Assembly: GCF_964213995.1 (NCBI RefSeq)
Contig: NW_027590135.1
Span: 248,001 to 312,000, forward strand
Reading direction: 5' to 3'
Length of the DNA stretch: 64,000 bases
Origin: Mustelus asterias
Taxonomy: Eukaryota
Part shown: one piece after another, positions 1-11,749 of the stretch
Layout of the letters: each line of letters begins with the position of its first letter
Numbering within the stretch: position 1 is the stretch's first letter
The notes under the pieces: model-generated
The model's input: the letters and a program-made list of their open reading frames with translations, nothing else
What the model was told of the DNA's origin: nothing
The model's database searches: none
Program-made: the position numbers and the translations under genes

Positions 1-1176
1 CTATCTGCCACAGGGCTGATCAGAACCTGTTCCCTGTTCCAGTAAAACATCTGCACAGAACACAACGCAAAGCTGGAAGCTGGAAATCTGAAACAAAAAC
101 AGAAAATGCTGGAAGTGCTCAGCGGATGAGGCAAACTTTTTGATTAATGGAGATTTCTGGAAAACAAATTCCTGAAGCACAGCACAGCTGCACAGTTTAA
201 AGTTTCCTTTCATCCACAATGGATGGGCCATTCTATGATTTTGAATAATCCAAATTGACAATGCGCATTGTTATTCTAGTGGCCACAGCCTGATAACCAC
301 TCCAGGCATTGATGTCGCCCTTGGATTTTAAATTTGTAAATCCATTCTCTATCTTTTAGAGCTGCAATTGAAACTGTATCTATAACCCATTCAGTTCATT
401 GTGAGTGAGAAGGAGAATTGAAGATACATTTGGATAATTTTCCTTTGACTGAATTTGTACAGAAGCATAAAGGCGGGCATCACACACAGCACTTCATGAA
501 ACTCACCCGCTCAAAGCTTAGTGTTTAATCAAGGGATGGTTCTATTTATTCATTTATTATTAATGGAGAATAGAAAAGTTGGAACTGTATGCAATCTGGG
601 CAATATAACTGAGCAAAGTGAAACACAATGGGGACTGGGCACGATAAGCCTCCCATGGGCAAAAGACAAAGTGGAGGTGTGACGTTGACTGCCTTGTGAG
701 ACGGAGCAGGGAAATGTTGTCGGATGAAGATACATAGGAAAGTCGGAGTGCGAAATGTTTAATGATCACTGTACAAGCAAAAGGTGCAATGCAGACTGCA
801 GGCTGGATATTCAATTCTTACTATCCTAAACAACAGTGATTCAAAATGCCACTTCGTTCAAAACATAATGCCAACCGGCACTAATACATTCCGTAAAAAG
901 CATAGCCTTACTGATTTATATAATTTAAATGATTTAATTTCATTACAGAGGAAAGCAGCGTACTGGTAGATTTCAAAAAGATACGGCCAACAGATTTAGT
1001 ATTTCTAAATTCCTCCGTCCCGGGTTCAATATAATGTGAACAATTCTTGTCTGTTGTGTCCCTCGCTGATGTCTGAACTTCAGTCTACCAGAGTGTGCTG
1101 ACATCCACTGGCCGCAATACAAAACTGTAGTAGCGCGGAAAAAAATGCACATGAACTGTCGCTGTTGGCCGACATG

Positions 1177-2210
1177 TAGTTGGTCAAAGAAGACAGAGGG
1201 TAGCAGTGGAAAGTGGCGTTCCTCAGGGATCAGTGTTGTGACCTTTGCTGCTTGTAATATATATATAAATGATTTGGAGGAAAATGCAACTGGTTTGATT
1301 AGTAAGTTTGCGGACGACACAAAGGTTGGTGGATTTGCGGAGAGCGATGAGGACAATCAGAGGATACAGCAGGATATAGATCAGTTGGAGACTTGGGCGG
1401 AGAGATGGCAGATGGAGTTTAATCCGGACAAATGTGAGGTCATGCATTTTGGAAGGTCTAATACAGATAGGAAATATACAGTAAATGTCAGAACCCTTAT
1501 GAGTTTTGATAGACAAAGGGATCAGGTACACAGGTCACTGAAAGTAGCAATGCAGGTGGAGAAGGTAGTCAAGAAGGCATACAGCATGCTTACCTTCATC
1601 AGCCGGGGCATTGAGTTTAAAAATTGGCAAGTCATGTTGCAGCTTTATGGAACCTTAGTTAGGCCGCACTTGTTCAATTCTGGTCACCATACGACGCGAA
1701 GGATGTGGAGGCTTTGGAGAGGATACAAAAAAGATTTACCAGGATGTTGCCTTGTATGGAGGGCATTAGCTATGAGGAGAGGTTGGAGAAACTTGGTTTG
1801 TTCTCACTAGAACGACGGAGGTTGAGGGGCGACCTGATAGAAGTCTACAAGATTATGAGAGGCATGGATAGAGTGGATAGTCAGAAGCTTTTTCTCAGGG
1901 TGGGACAGTCAATTACTATGGGGCACAGGCTTAAGATGCGAGGGGCAAGGTTTAAAGGAGATGCACGAGGCAGATATTTTACACAGAGAGTAGTGGGTGC
2001 CTGGAACTCATTGCCGAGGGAGGTAGTGGAAGCGGATATGGTAGTCACTTTTAAGGGGCGTCTTGACAAATACATGAATAGGATGGGAATAGAGGGATAT
2101 GGTCCCCGGAAGGGTAGGGAGTGTTGGTTCAGTCGGGCAGCATGGTCGGTGCAGGCTTGGAGGGCTGAAGGGCCTCTTCCTGTGCTGTAATTTTCTTTGT
2201 TCTTTGTTCT
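1177..2210 (+). mobile_element. 5'-truncated CR1-clade LINE (RT C-terminus and 3' UTR), frameshifted
   Basis: ORFs 1145-1810 and 1705-2190 contain [40 protein letters not shown] and WNSLP. The element ends in a (TCTTTGT)n-type tail. Confidence 0.92.
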
Positions 2211-2794
2211 ATAACTTCGAAGTTGGTATTACCTGAAGCATTTGAATCGACTAGCACAGATGTACTAAAGGGCAATCGAGGTAATGAGACGTTGGAGAAT
2301 GAATTTCAGAGGTAAGCAGATGATGTTCCGTTGAAGATTTTGAGTAGAGGACCGTGTGGAATCATATACTAATTAGAACAAAAGGCCCAATTTCAATTAG
2401 GTATCTTCCGGGTAGAATATGTACAGATTTGCAAAGTTTCTCAGATAGAGAGAGAGCGATACAGAATGAGTCCAACAATACATATAGAATCTTAGAATAG
2501 ATACAACAGAGAGAGGGAGAGCATTCGGCCCTTTGCCTGTATGCTGGGCTGTACAAGAACATCTCAGCTCATCCCTTTCCAAGTCCTTGCCTCAAAACCC
2601 TGGAAATCCTTTCACTTCAGGTGCTGATCCCATTCTCCCTTGACAACCCGGATTTGATGCTGCCTCGACCACCCCCCCCCCCCCCCCCCGCCCCCCCAGG
2701 CAGTGCATTCCAGGTTCTAAACACTCAGCACATTAAAAACCATCTTTCTCTCCTCTGGCAATGGGAACAATATTTCTTCATCTCCTCTTCTTAG

Positions 2795-3113
2795 ACTGCA
2801 CCCACCAACCCACCACCTCTACCATCTCGAAGGACAGCAGCAGTAAATACATGGGAACACCAGCACTGCAAACTCCCCCTCAAGGCACTCACCGTCCTGA
2901 CTTGGAAATACATTGCGGCTCCTTCACTGTCGCATTGGCAAAATCCTGAAAGACTGTTTGGCGAACAGCACTGTGGCTCTACCGACACCTCAGCGACTGC
3001 AGCAGTTCAATAAAGCAGCAAACCACCTCCTTCTTAAGGTCAGTTAGAGATTGGCAATGAATGCTGGCCTCGTCAGTGATGCCCTCTCGAAATGAATAAA
3101 ACAAAAAAAAAAC
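2795..3113 (+). mobile_element. Non-LTR retroposon 3' end with poly(A); same tail type at 36560-36695 and 61965-62030
   Basis: The ...GCAAT(A/G)AATGCTGGCC...ATGAAT(A/G)AA tail recurs three times in the window. The family is not identified (possibly RTE-X-like). Confidence 0.6.
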
Positions 3114-3828
3114 TCGCAACTACAACTGGAGACAGACAGATACAGAACAAATCTCACTCACGTGCCTTTGTTGGATACAATATGAATCCGCAAATCACAT
3201 TCACTAACAGAGGGTAAAATGCAGTCGAAATTGGGCGATCGTTATCCAGTTGCAGTTTAACCAGTGTTTTATACAAGAACAGAAAACATCTTCACACAAC
3301 ATGCGACATTTTAACCCAATATGGAACATCATGAGACCAGATAATTAACTTTCTGCCGAACAGAAAACATCTTCACGGAGAATATTTTCACACAACAGGG
3401 AACACGTTTACAGAGCAGGGCATATATTAACAAAGCATTTTTTAAAAATTACACAAGATGGACCGTATTTATACAATCAGAAAGACATTGACAGCATCAG
3501 GGAAGCATTTTGCACAACAGCAGAAAACACCTCTCAACATCAGAGAGCACAGTTACACAGGAGGAAATATATTTGCAAACATGTATTTGCAACAGAAAAT
3601 TCCTTGAAATATAGTGATAGATTCTCCAATTCCGTGTCATGCGGTTTCCCATCACCTTTGTCTGTCGTTATATGTCCAGACAATTTAGCTTACTGCTATT
3701 GTGTGTTTTTCTCTGTTGTATTCTGGGTGTGATGCAGGGGCTGAGCCTCCTGACACTGGAACTAGTATTAAACAATACAGGGGCGAAAATCTGCCTGACT
3801 ACATTGATAGACAGACTGCCTTTGGCGT

Positions 3829-3914
3829 AGCAGAGTGGCGCAGCGGAAGCGTGCGGGGCCCAGAAGTCGATGGATCGAACCCAGAAGTCGATGGATCGAA
3901 ACCATCCTCTGCTA
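3829..3914 (+). pseudogene. tRNA-iMet pseudogene; anticodon disrupted by internal tandem duplication
   Basis: The ends AGCAGAGTGGCGCAGCGGAAGCGTG...GTCGATGGATCGAAACCATCCTCTGCTA match the vertebrate initiator tRNA. CCCAGAAGTCGATGGATCGAA occurs twice and CAT is lost. Confidence 0.9.
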
Positions 3915-4735
3915 TTCCTATTATCACTGATAATGAAACGACTTGACAAGAACGTTTGTGACTTTTCGGTGCAGGATGCAGACAGGTATTTACATCGGCT
4001 TCTCTTTTCCCCAAAAAACCTCGATCTGCAGTGAATCACTTTTATATGCAAGAGTTTTACACTAAACAGGGAAAATCTTAACACAACATACAAAAATTTA
4101 CTGACAGAAACATCTTCACGGAGAATCTTCTTACACAATAGAGAACACGTTTGCAGAGCAGGGGACATATTAAAAGAACAGAAAAAAAACATTTACACAG
4201 CTGGAAACACATTTACAACAACAGGGGAACATCTTACACAACAGCAGAAATCATCTCTCAACAACAATTGAGATAGTTACATGGGTTAGATGGGTCTGGA
4301 GGGTATGGGGCAAACATGAGCAATGGGAATAGCTCGGTGGTAAAAAAAACTCGACGGCATGGACAAGTTGGGCCGATGGGGCTGTTTCCATGCTGTAAAC
4401 CTCGAAGTCATAGAGCACAGCAGGAAAAAGAGTGAAATGCTTTGCACAACAACAGTGAACATCTTTGAACAACAGAGAGCACAGGTACATGGCAGGAATT
4501 ATATTTACAAACATATTTACACGAGAAAACGCATTTAAAACATCAGTGATCAATTCCGTGACCGTCCATACACGTGTACAAGCAACCTCTTTTGCTGTTT
4601 TTGTGCGTGTATTTCTCTGTCCCTTCAGTCTTGGTGCTATGCAGTGGAATTTTGTGTCCAGACTGAGCCTCCTGACACTGGTGCTGGTGTTAAACTACAA
4701 CGTGGAAGTTAATATCTGACTGGCTACATTGAATG

Positions 4736-5350
4736 GCAGCGGAGATGGGGAGGAGAGGGAGGAGGAGGGGGAGGCGGAGAGGGGGGAGGGAGGAGGGGGA
4801 AGGGGGACAGGGAGGGGGGAAGGGGAAGAGGAAGGGGGAGAGGGAGGGGGGGGAGAGAGAGAGGGAGGGGGAACGGGAGGGGGAGAGGGAGGAGGAGGGG
4901 GAGGTGGAGGGGGAGGGGAGGGGGAGGGGGACGGGGACGGGGAGGGGGAGAGGGAGGGGGACAGGGAGGGGGAGGGGGAGGGGGACAGGGAGGGGGACAA
5001 GGAGGGGAGGGGGACAGGGAGGGGAGGGGAAGGGAAGGAGGGAGGGAGGGAGGGGGAGGAGGGGGAGGAGGGAGGGGAGGAGGGAGGGGGAGGAGGGAGG
5101 GGGAGGAGCGAGGGGGAGGAGGGAGGGCGAGAAGTGAGGGGGAGCGGGGGGAGGGGGGACAGGGGAGGGTGAGGGGGAGGGGGAAGGGGAGGAGGGGGGA
5201 CGGGGAGGGGGAGGAGGGGGAGGGGAGGAGGGGGAGGGGAGGAGGAGGGGGAGGGGAAGAGGGAGGGGAGGAGTGAGGGGGAGCAGGGGGGAGGGGGGAG
5301 GGGCGGAGGCAGCGGGGGAGGTAGGGGTGAAGGTGGGGTGGGGGGTCGGT
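4736..5350 (+). repeat. G/A-rich low-complexity tract (GGGGA/GGA variants)
   Basis: About 610 bp of nearly pure purine sequence. It produces spurious Pro- and Gly-rich ORFs. Confidence 0.95.
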
Positions 5351-5367
5351 GAAGCTGGACTTGATGT

Positions 5368-5440
5368 AGCAGAAGTGGGGCAGTTGAAGCGTGCTGGGCC
5401 CATAGCTCAGAGGTCGATGGATCGAAACCATTCTCTGCTA
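5368..5440 (+). pseudogene. Degenerate tRNA-iMet(CAT), probable pseudogene
   Basis: AGCAGAAGTGGGGCAGTTGAAGCGTGCTGGGCCCATAGCTCAGAGGTCGATGGATCGAAACCATTCTCTGCTA. CAT and the B box are kept. There is an extra A near the acceptor stem/D-arm junction plus A-box and anticodon-arm substitutions. Confidence 0.85.
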
Positions 5441-5589
5441 CTTCCTATTAACAATGATAACAAAACCACTTGACTACAATTCTGCAACATTTACGTGGAA
5501 TATGCAGACAGGTATCTGCATTGGCTCCTCTTTTCTGTTATAAGCCCCAAACCAGTTTGGTATGCACACAAGGTGTAGACACTGTGAAC

Positions 5590-7790
5590 ATGCACCAGGA
5601 TCTATTAGTGACAGAGCTAATGGTGCACAGGGCACAATTTCAGAACTTGTGGATAATGTGAAACTTGGAAGCATTGTGAACTGCGAGAAGGATAGTGTGA
5701 AACTTCAAAAAGGACATGGACAAGTTGACGGAATGAGTGGACAATTTATAGATGAAATTCAACGCTGAGAATTGTGAAGTGATTCATTCTGGTGGGAAAA
5801 TTATAGAGAGACAATGAAAAGTAAAAGGAAAACAGTTCCAATGTATCTAATCAATTTCATTAGTGAGTTTCTCAGTCCTACAACGCTAAATGAGGTGCAA
5901 TAGTACAACTCTAAAATAATAGCAAATTACTGCGGTTGCTGTCATCTGAAACCAAAAGAGAAAATACTGGAAAATCTCTGCCGGTCAGGCAGCATCTGTA
6001 AGGAGTGAAATGAACTAATGTTTCGAGATTGGTTTACTGCCAACTGTTAACTTCCTTAAAGTCAATAATAATCCATTCAAAATATCAGCATGTGTGTTTT
6101 ACAATCATAATTACTCGTTTGAATCAATTACTGCATCTCACATTGCTTCTTGTTAGCTCATAAATGTATTTAAAAGTCATTTAACTGAACGCTGCTAGTT
6201 TTATCAATGCCTTCATGTCGACTGGTTTAAAAATCTTACCACCCCATCAGGGGTTCCACTTACAGGTATTAAATGTCATGAGACGTCTGGACAGAGTGAA
6301 TAGGGACAAACTGTTCCCATTCGTGGAATGATGAAGAATGAGAGAGAACAGATTGAACATCATGAGCAAAGGAAGGAATAGGAAGACGAGGAAAACATTT
6401 TTCACACAGTGAGTGTTTAAAGTGTGGAATGCACTGCTGGAGAGTGTGGTGGATACAGATTCAATTGAAACGCCCTCAGAGAATTAGACTGTTCTCCGAA
6501 AAGGAAGAATGTGCAGGATTCCAGGGAGAAGGCGGAGATGTTGATTTTCTGTCACAACTCCTCACAGAATTTCTCATTCATCACTCATCACTGAATCGAG
6601 TGGGAACTGTTCTCTTGTCTTTGCTAAACAAGGAGAAGTGCAGCACTGATTAAATGACACGACAGTTGGTGGCCTAAGTCGAATGGGAGAGTTAAAAAAT
6701 AACAAATATGTGTCTACAAGGAGGTGAGGATGGCAGAGAGATGGAATTTGAAATAAAACAGAAAATGCTAGAAACCTCAGCAGGTCTGGCAGCATCTATC
6801 GGGAGAGAAACAGAGTTAATGCTTCCAGTACCTATGACTCTTCTTCAGAGCTGAGGAGGGGTTGAAATGTGACGGATTTAAAATGTTGAGGAGAATTCGG
6901 AGCACAATCTGGATTATTCATTAAAGCAATCACAAAAGCAAATGGCATGTTTGTTTTTATTGCAAGTTAATTGGAGTAGATGAAGAAAAGTGTCTTGCTA
7001 CAATTGTACAGGAGTTTATGGAGACCACATCTGCAATGCTGTGAACAGCTATGGTATCCACATTTGAGAAAAGATAAGCTTGCATTAGAGGCGGTACAGA
7101 GAAGGTTCACTCGATTGCCCCCTGGAATGAGGAGGTTCTTCCATGTTGAAAGGCTGAGTGAATTAGGCTGAGAGATCCTAGAGCTCAGAACAATGTGTAA
7201 ATGCTGAGTGAACGCTTCCATTGCTGTCCTCTGGGCAGACGAGTGGCAGATGAAGTAAAAGTACAGAAAAGTAAAGTTAAAGGAAAGTTTATTAGTCACA
7301 AGGCTTACATTAACATTTCAATGAAATTACTGTGAAATTCCCCAATTTGCCACAGTCGGGCACCTGTGCGGGTCAATCACCTAACTAGATGAAGTTCAAT
7401 GCAGAGAAGTGTGAGTTGATTCATTTTGAGATTGTGGAGAAATAAATGGAGAAACTCTGAATGAAATGCAGGAAAAAAGGGATCTCGGTTTCTAAGTACA
7501 AAAGTCATTAAAGGTGGCTGAGCATGTTGGGAAAGCTGTTAATAAAGCAAATGGCATCCTACATTTTATTGGAGGATTAAAAACATGAATAAGAAGATCA
7601 TGTTGAGCTTTTAAATACACTAGACAGGCCTCACCTGGAGCACTGAGTCCAGTGCTGGGCACCACACTTGTCGAAGTTTGGAGGGAGTGCAAAGGATATT
7701 CACATGAATGATTCCATTGATAAAGGTTTGTAGCAATGAAGATCGATTGAGAGGTTGGGTATTTTTCCTTACGGGAAGAAGCCTGTGAGG
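5590..7790 (+). mobile_element. Old fragmented CR1 LINE remnants with interspersed short retroposon pieces
   Basis: Degenerate LQLYRSLWRPHL..VQRRFTRL ORF (6980-7171) and DNVKLGSIVNCEKD (5562-5768). Penelope-type ends lie near 5920-6030 and 6750-6855, and a SINE tail at 7270-7390 (-). Confidence 0.7.
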
Positions 7791-8660
7791 ACCTGTTGAG
7801 GGACAGGTAGCATTGAGGAAGCAGGTGTGCTGCAGAAGGATTTGGATAGGCTGGGAGAGTGGGCAGAGAAGTGGCAGATGGAATACAATGTGGAAAAGTG
7901 TGAGGTTATGCAGTTTGGAAGGAGGAATGGAGGCGTAGATTATTTTATAAATTGTGAAATGCTTAGGAACTCAGAAGCACAAACGGACTTGGGATCCTTG
8001 TTCAAGATTCTCTTAAGGCAAACGTGCAGGTTCAGTCGGCAGTTAGGAAGGGAAATGCAATGTCGAGAGGGTCAGAATACAAGAGCACGGATGTACTTCT
8101 GAGGCTGGCAAAGGCTCTGGTCAGACCCCATTTGGAGTATTGTGAGCAGTTTGGGCCCCTTATCTAAGGAAGGATGTGCTGGCCTTGGAATAGGTCCAGA
8201 GGAGGTTCACAAGAATGATCCATGGAATGAAGAGCTTGTTGTATGAAGAATGGTTGAGGACTCTGGGTCTGTACTCGTTGGAATTTACAAGGATGAGTGG
8301 GATCTTATTGAAGCTTAGAGGACACTGCGAGGCCTGGATAGAGTGGACACAGAGAGGATTTTTCCACTTGTAAGAAAAACTAGAACCAGAGGGCACAACC
8401 TCAGACTAAAGGGATGATCCTTTAAAACAGAGGAGAAGGAATGTCTTCAGCCAGAGAGTGGCGAATCTGTGAAAATCTTTGCCGCAAAAGGCTGTGGAGG
8501 CCAGGTCATTGAGTGTTTCTAAGGCAGAGATGGATAGATTCTTGATGAATAAGGGGATCAGGGGTTATGGGGAAAAGACAAGAGAATGGGAATGAGAAAA
8601 ATGGCAGAGCAGTTTCGATGGGCTGAGTGGCCTCATTCTGTTCCTATGTCTTATGGTCTT
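7790..8660 (+). mobile_element. CR1 LINE 3' fragment
   Basis: LQKDLDRLGEWAEKWQMEYNVEKCEVM motif; ends TTCCTATGTCTTATGGTCTT. Confidence 0.88.
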
Positions 8661-8674
8661 TTGGAAGAGCAAGA

Positions 8675-8985
8675 AGGGTGGCTTTCCCACTGCTGCTGCA
8701 GAATGACAGGGACCCGGGTTCAATTCAGGCCTTGAGTGACTTACGTACTTTCCACATTTTCTCTGTGTCCATGTGGCTTTCCTCCAGGTGCTCTGGTTTC
8801 TCCCACATTCCATTGATAGGGTAAGTGGATTTACCATGCTAAATTTACCCTTATGTCTCCCAGTATGTTTAGATTAGGAGGATTAACAGGGTAAATATGT
8901 GAGGTTATGTGGACAGGTCAGAGAATCAGTGCAGACTCAATGGGCCGAATGGCCATCTTTTGCAATGTAGGGATTCATTGATAGA
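8675..8985 (+). mobile_element. tRNA-derived V-SINE (HE1-like)
   Basis: B box GGGTTCAATTC, central TTTCCTCCAGGTGCTCTGGTTTCTCCCAC and a CR1-like tail. Confidence 0.75.
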
Positions 8986-9489
8986 GATTTTCATGTTCCA
9001 GTCATGAGTTCATCAAGAACGAGGAGAAAATTTCAAAGTAAGTGTAAAAATTGCAACGATTCAGTGCCTAATGTACACATCTTTGGAAATTAAAGGAACA
9101 TTTAACATGGCCAATATACCTAACCTGCACATCTTTGAACCATGGAAGTGAACCAGAGCACCCAGAGGAAACTCATGGGGGAGAATGTGCAAAATTTGCA
9201 CAGTCAGCAAAGGGCAGGACCAAACCCGGGTCTCTGGGGCTATGAGGCGGGAGAGTGGTATTGGACAGCGTGCAATTTTCAATACGGGAGTGTAGACTTG
9301 ATCGGCCAAATGGGCTGTTACTGCTTTGGAAAGATTCTGTGGTTTGGGAATCTAAAACATAATCCTATTGAATGGAGCAGCAGGCTTGAGGGGCCATGTA
9401 GTCCACTTCTAATGCGATTTATTGTGCTGCTGTGTCCAGAAAGCTGCAAATTGAGTTCTCATCATTAAATCTGAATTTACTCCAAATAC

Positions 9490-10050
9490 CGTTGATGCAT
9501 CAACTCAGTGCTCAGTGACAAACACTGACCCGTGGTTAAACAATGTCTCAATTTTAATATTCTTATCCGTGTTTCCAAAACCCTCCATGTCCTCAGCTCT
9601 TCCTCCCTTTCATCACCTCCAGCCTAACAATCCTCTGAGATATCTGAGCTCCTCTGATTCTGCCCTCGTGAGCATCCCTGATTTGGTTCACTCCGTAAGA
9701 AGTCTCACAACACCAGGTTAAAGTCCAACAGGTTTATTTGGTAGCAAATACCATAAGCTTCGTCAGATCTGACGAAGGAGCAGTGCTCTGAAAGATTATG
9801 GTATTTGCTATCAAATAAACCTGTTGGACTTTAACCTGGTGTTGTAAGACTGCTTACTGTGTTCACCCCAGTCCAACGCCGGCATCTCCACCTCTTGGTT
9901 CACTCCACCAGTGATGGTCGCACTTTCAGCTCTCTGGGTCGCAGCTCTGGAATTCCCTCTCTAAACGCCGCTGCTTCTTGCTTGCCTTCCACCCAGTTCT
10001 TTTTTGTCACCTGTTCCCTTCATTTATTTCCTCCTTCCTTTCCCGCGGGG
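9490..10050 (+). mobile_element. L2-type LINE 3' remnant interrupted by a Penelope fragment
   Basis: LRYLSSSDS..GRTFSSLG..(L)WNSL-like translation typical of L2/CR1 ORF2 ends. Confidence 0.55.
9695..9894 (+). mobile_element. Penelope-like pLTR fragment with fold-back and hammerhead-like core
   Basis: Inverted arms of about 65 bp around CTGACGAAGGAGCAGTGCTCTGAAAG. A 12-bp direct repeat TTGGTTCACTCC at 9683-9694 and 9895-9906 flanks it. Confidence 0.82.
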
Positions 10051-10109
10051 TTCAGCTTTTGCATCCTCTGACTTTCCGCAGTCCTTTTGCCGCTTTAACT
10101 GCCATCAAA

Positions 10110-10655
10110 TAATTATAATTGGACAACCATAATTCTGTGAGCGGTTCCACTTTAAGGATTATTTCGGCCACAAGTTCTTTGATTTCTCATTGGTTTCAGC
10201 TCCGGATCGAATTGAATGACGCAATGACGTTGGGTTGGGAGTGACGCTGCACGAGTCGCGCACGAGCGGCACATTCCGATTGGACACTGCGTTACGATTG
10301 GCTCGAGAAGATGTCCATCACATTAGGGGCGTGTGTTGTTAGCAACGCGGTCTGTGATTGGGTACAATTGGAGCGTCATTTTCAATGGTCTCGAACCTCT
10401 GACTATGGAGCTCACGGATTGGATAAAGTAGCTGTCACTCAGTGGGCGCAGAGCGGCCATTGGATAACCGCGATGCGTCACTTTCCGATTGGTTTTCCCA
10501 GCTGCCGGTCACAGGCCCATCAGACACCGCGCGGAGCGGCAGCAAATGTCCCGCCAGTGGCTTCAGTCCCCGGGCCCGGATCCTGAGCCCGCGGCGGGGC
10601 TCCGGATGGGGGAAGGGTTTCGGCAGCGGGAATCCCGTCCTGCCCGGCTGTGAAT
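10110..10655. promoter_or_regulatory. CpG-rich Pol II promoter-like region with clustered CCAAT boxes
   Basis: About 9 same-orientation ATTGG motifs, CRE/ATF-like TGACG sites, RFX X-box-like GTTGTTAGCAAC (10335-10346) and high CpG content. Confidence 0.65.
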
Positions 10656-10656
10656 A

Positions 10657-10930
10657 GGGCGGCACCGTGGTTAGGGACCCTAGTTCGATTACGGTTTGGG
10701 TCACTGACTATGCGGAGTCTGCACGTTCTCCCCGTGGGTTTCCTCCGGTTTCCTCCCACAGTTCAAAGATGTGTGGGTTCGGTGGATTGGCCGTGCTAAA
10801 TTGCCCCTGAGTGTCCGGGAGACCAGCTCGGGTAAATGCATGGGGTTATGGAGATAGGACCTGGGTGGGATTGTGGTTGGTGCAGACTCGATGGGCCGAA
10901 TGACTGCCTTCGACACTGTAGGATTTTAGA
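10657..10930 (+). mobile_element. V-SINE (HE1-like)
   Basis: GGGCGGCAC head, B-box-like AGTTCGATTAC, V-domain-like GGGTTTCCTCCGGTTTCCTCCCACAG and a GATGGGCCGAATG tail. Confidence 0.8.
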
Positions 10931-11749
10931 AATCCGCAGCTCAGGGTTTCCAATGACAGCTTCCTGTGTAAACATGTCACGCTGCAGTTCCCCAGTCTCA
11001 GCAGTGGCGGCACTGCAAACTCCCTGGAGCCAGGCCAATCAGCACAGAGACTGGGATCTTCCTGTGCTCTATGTGTGGGGCTCAGTGCCATTCCGGGTTA
11101 GAGCAACTCACTTTGCAGAGGCCACGGTTAGATCCTGGGATCATCCTGTGCTCTGTTTTGGGGGTGGGGCTTGGTTCCTCTGACTGAATCTCCCTTCTTG
11201 TTTGGTTCTAATTAACGCCTCTCTCTCTCTTATCGTCAGTCTGGGTGTTCCTGACTGAGCAGAATGGCCTGATCTCACCACACACATTGAGATGGAGGAG
11301 CTGCCGCTTGAGGTGCAGATGATTGAGAACTCCAGCCTTCTCTACACTTGTTTACTGAGGCCCAGCCCTTCATCCATCATTAGTTTTCCCAGGATGTCAG
11401 GTACATTAACATCTTCATCTGCTGTGCACACTGACCTGACAGTGGGAAGGTATTGGAGCAGGATAGTGCAGTCAACCATGTCAAAGGTGTGGACAGGTTG
11501 AGAAGGATAAGGAGGGATAGTTTAACTGGGTAAGACTGCATTTACCCTGTTCTGATCTTTTCTTTCTGGCGATATGCAAAATATCACCTGCAATGATTTC
11601 CTGCCACTGCCACCCTTAATCAATGTCACGACTGATGTCTTTGAAACCAGGCCTCTAGAGGAGTCTGTGACCGAACGCAGCAGCTTCGACTACTCGGCCG
11701 TCCTGACACAGACTATTTATTTCACTCCTCTGCCACTTTATGGTTCCCC

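Larger units (their letters stand above)
3280..5545 (+). repeat. Degenerate tandem duplication of a tRNA-iMet-containing unit (2 copies)
   Basis: Shared blocks: ACAGAAA(A)CATCTTCACGGAGAAT near 3360 and 4104, CTGAGCCTCCTGACACTGG at 3741 and 4663, and ATGCAGACAGGTAT after each tRNA. Confidence 0.8.

Noticed and set aside
1017-1032. B-box-like GTCCCGGGTTCAAT
   Set aside because: No cloverleaf or A box could be built around it.
2670-2698. Poly-C run
   Set aside because: A simple homopolymer inside a decayed CR1 tail.
4690-5473. Pro-rich and Gly/Glu-rich ORFs of 100-237 aa
   Set aside because: Artefacts of the G/A low-complexity tract.
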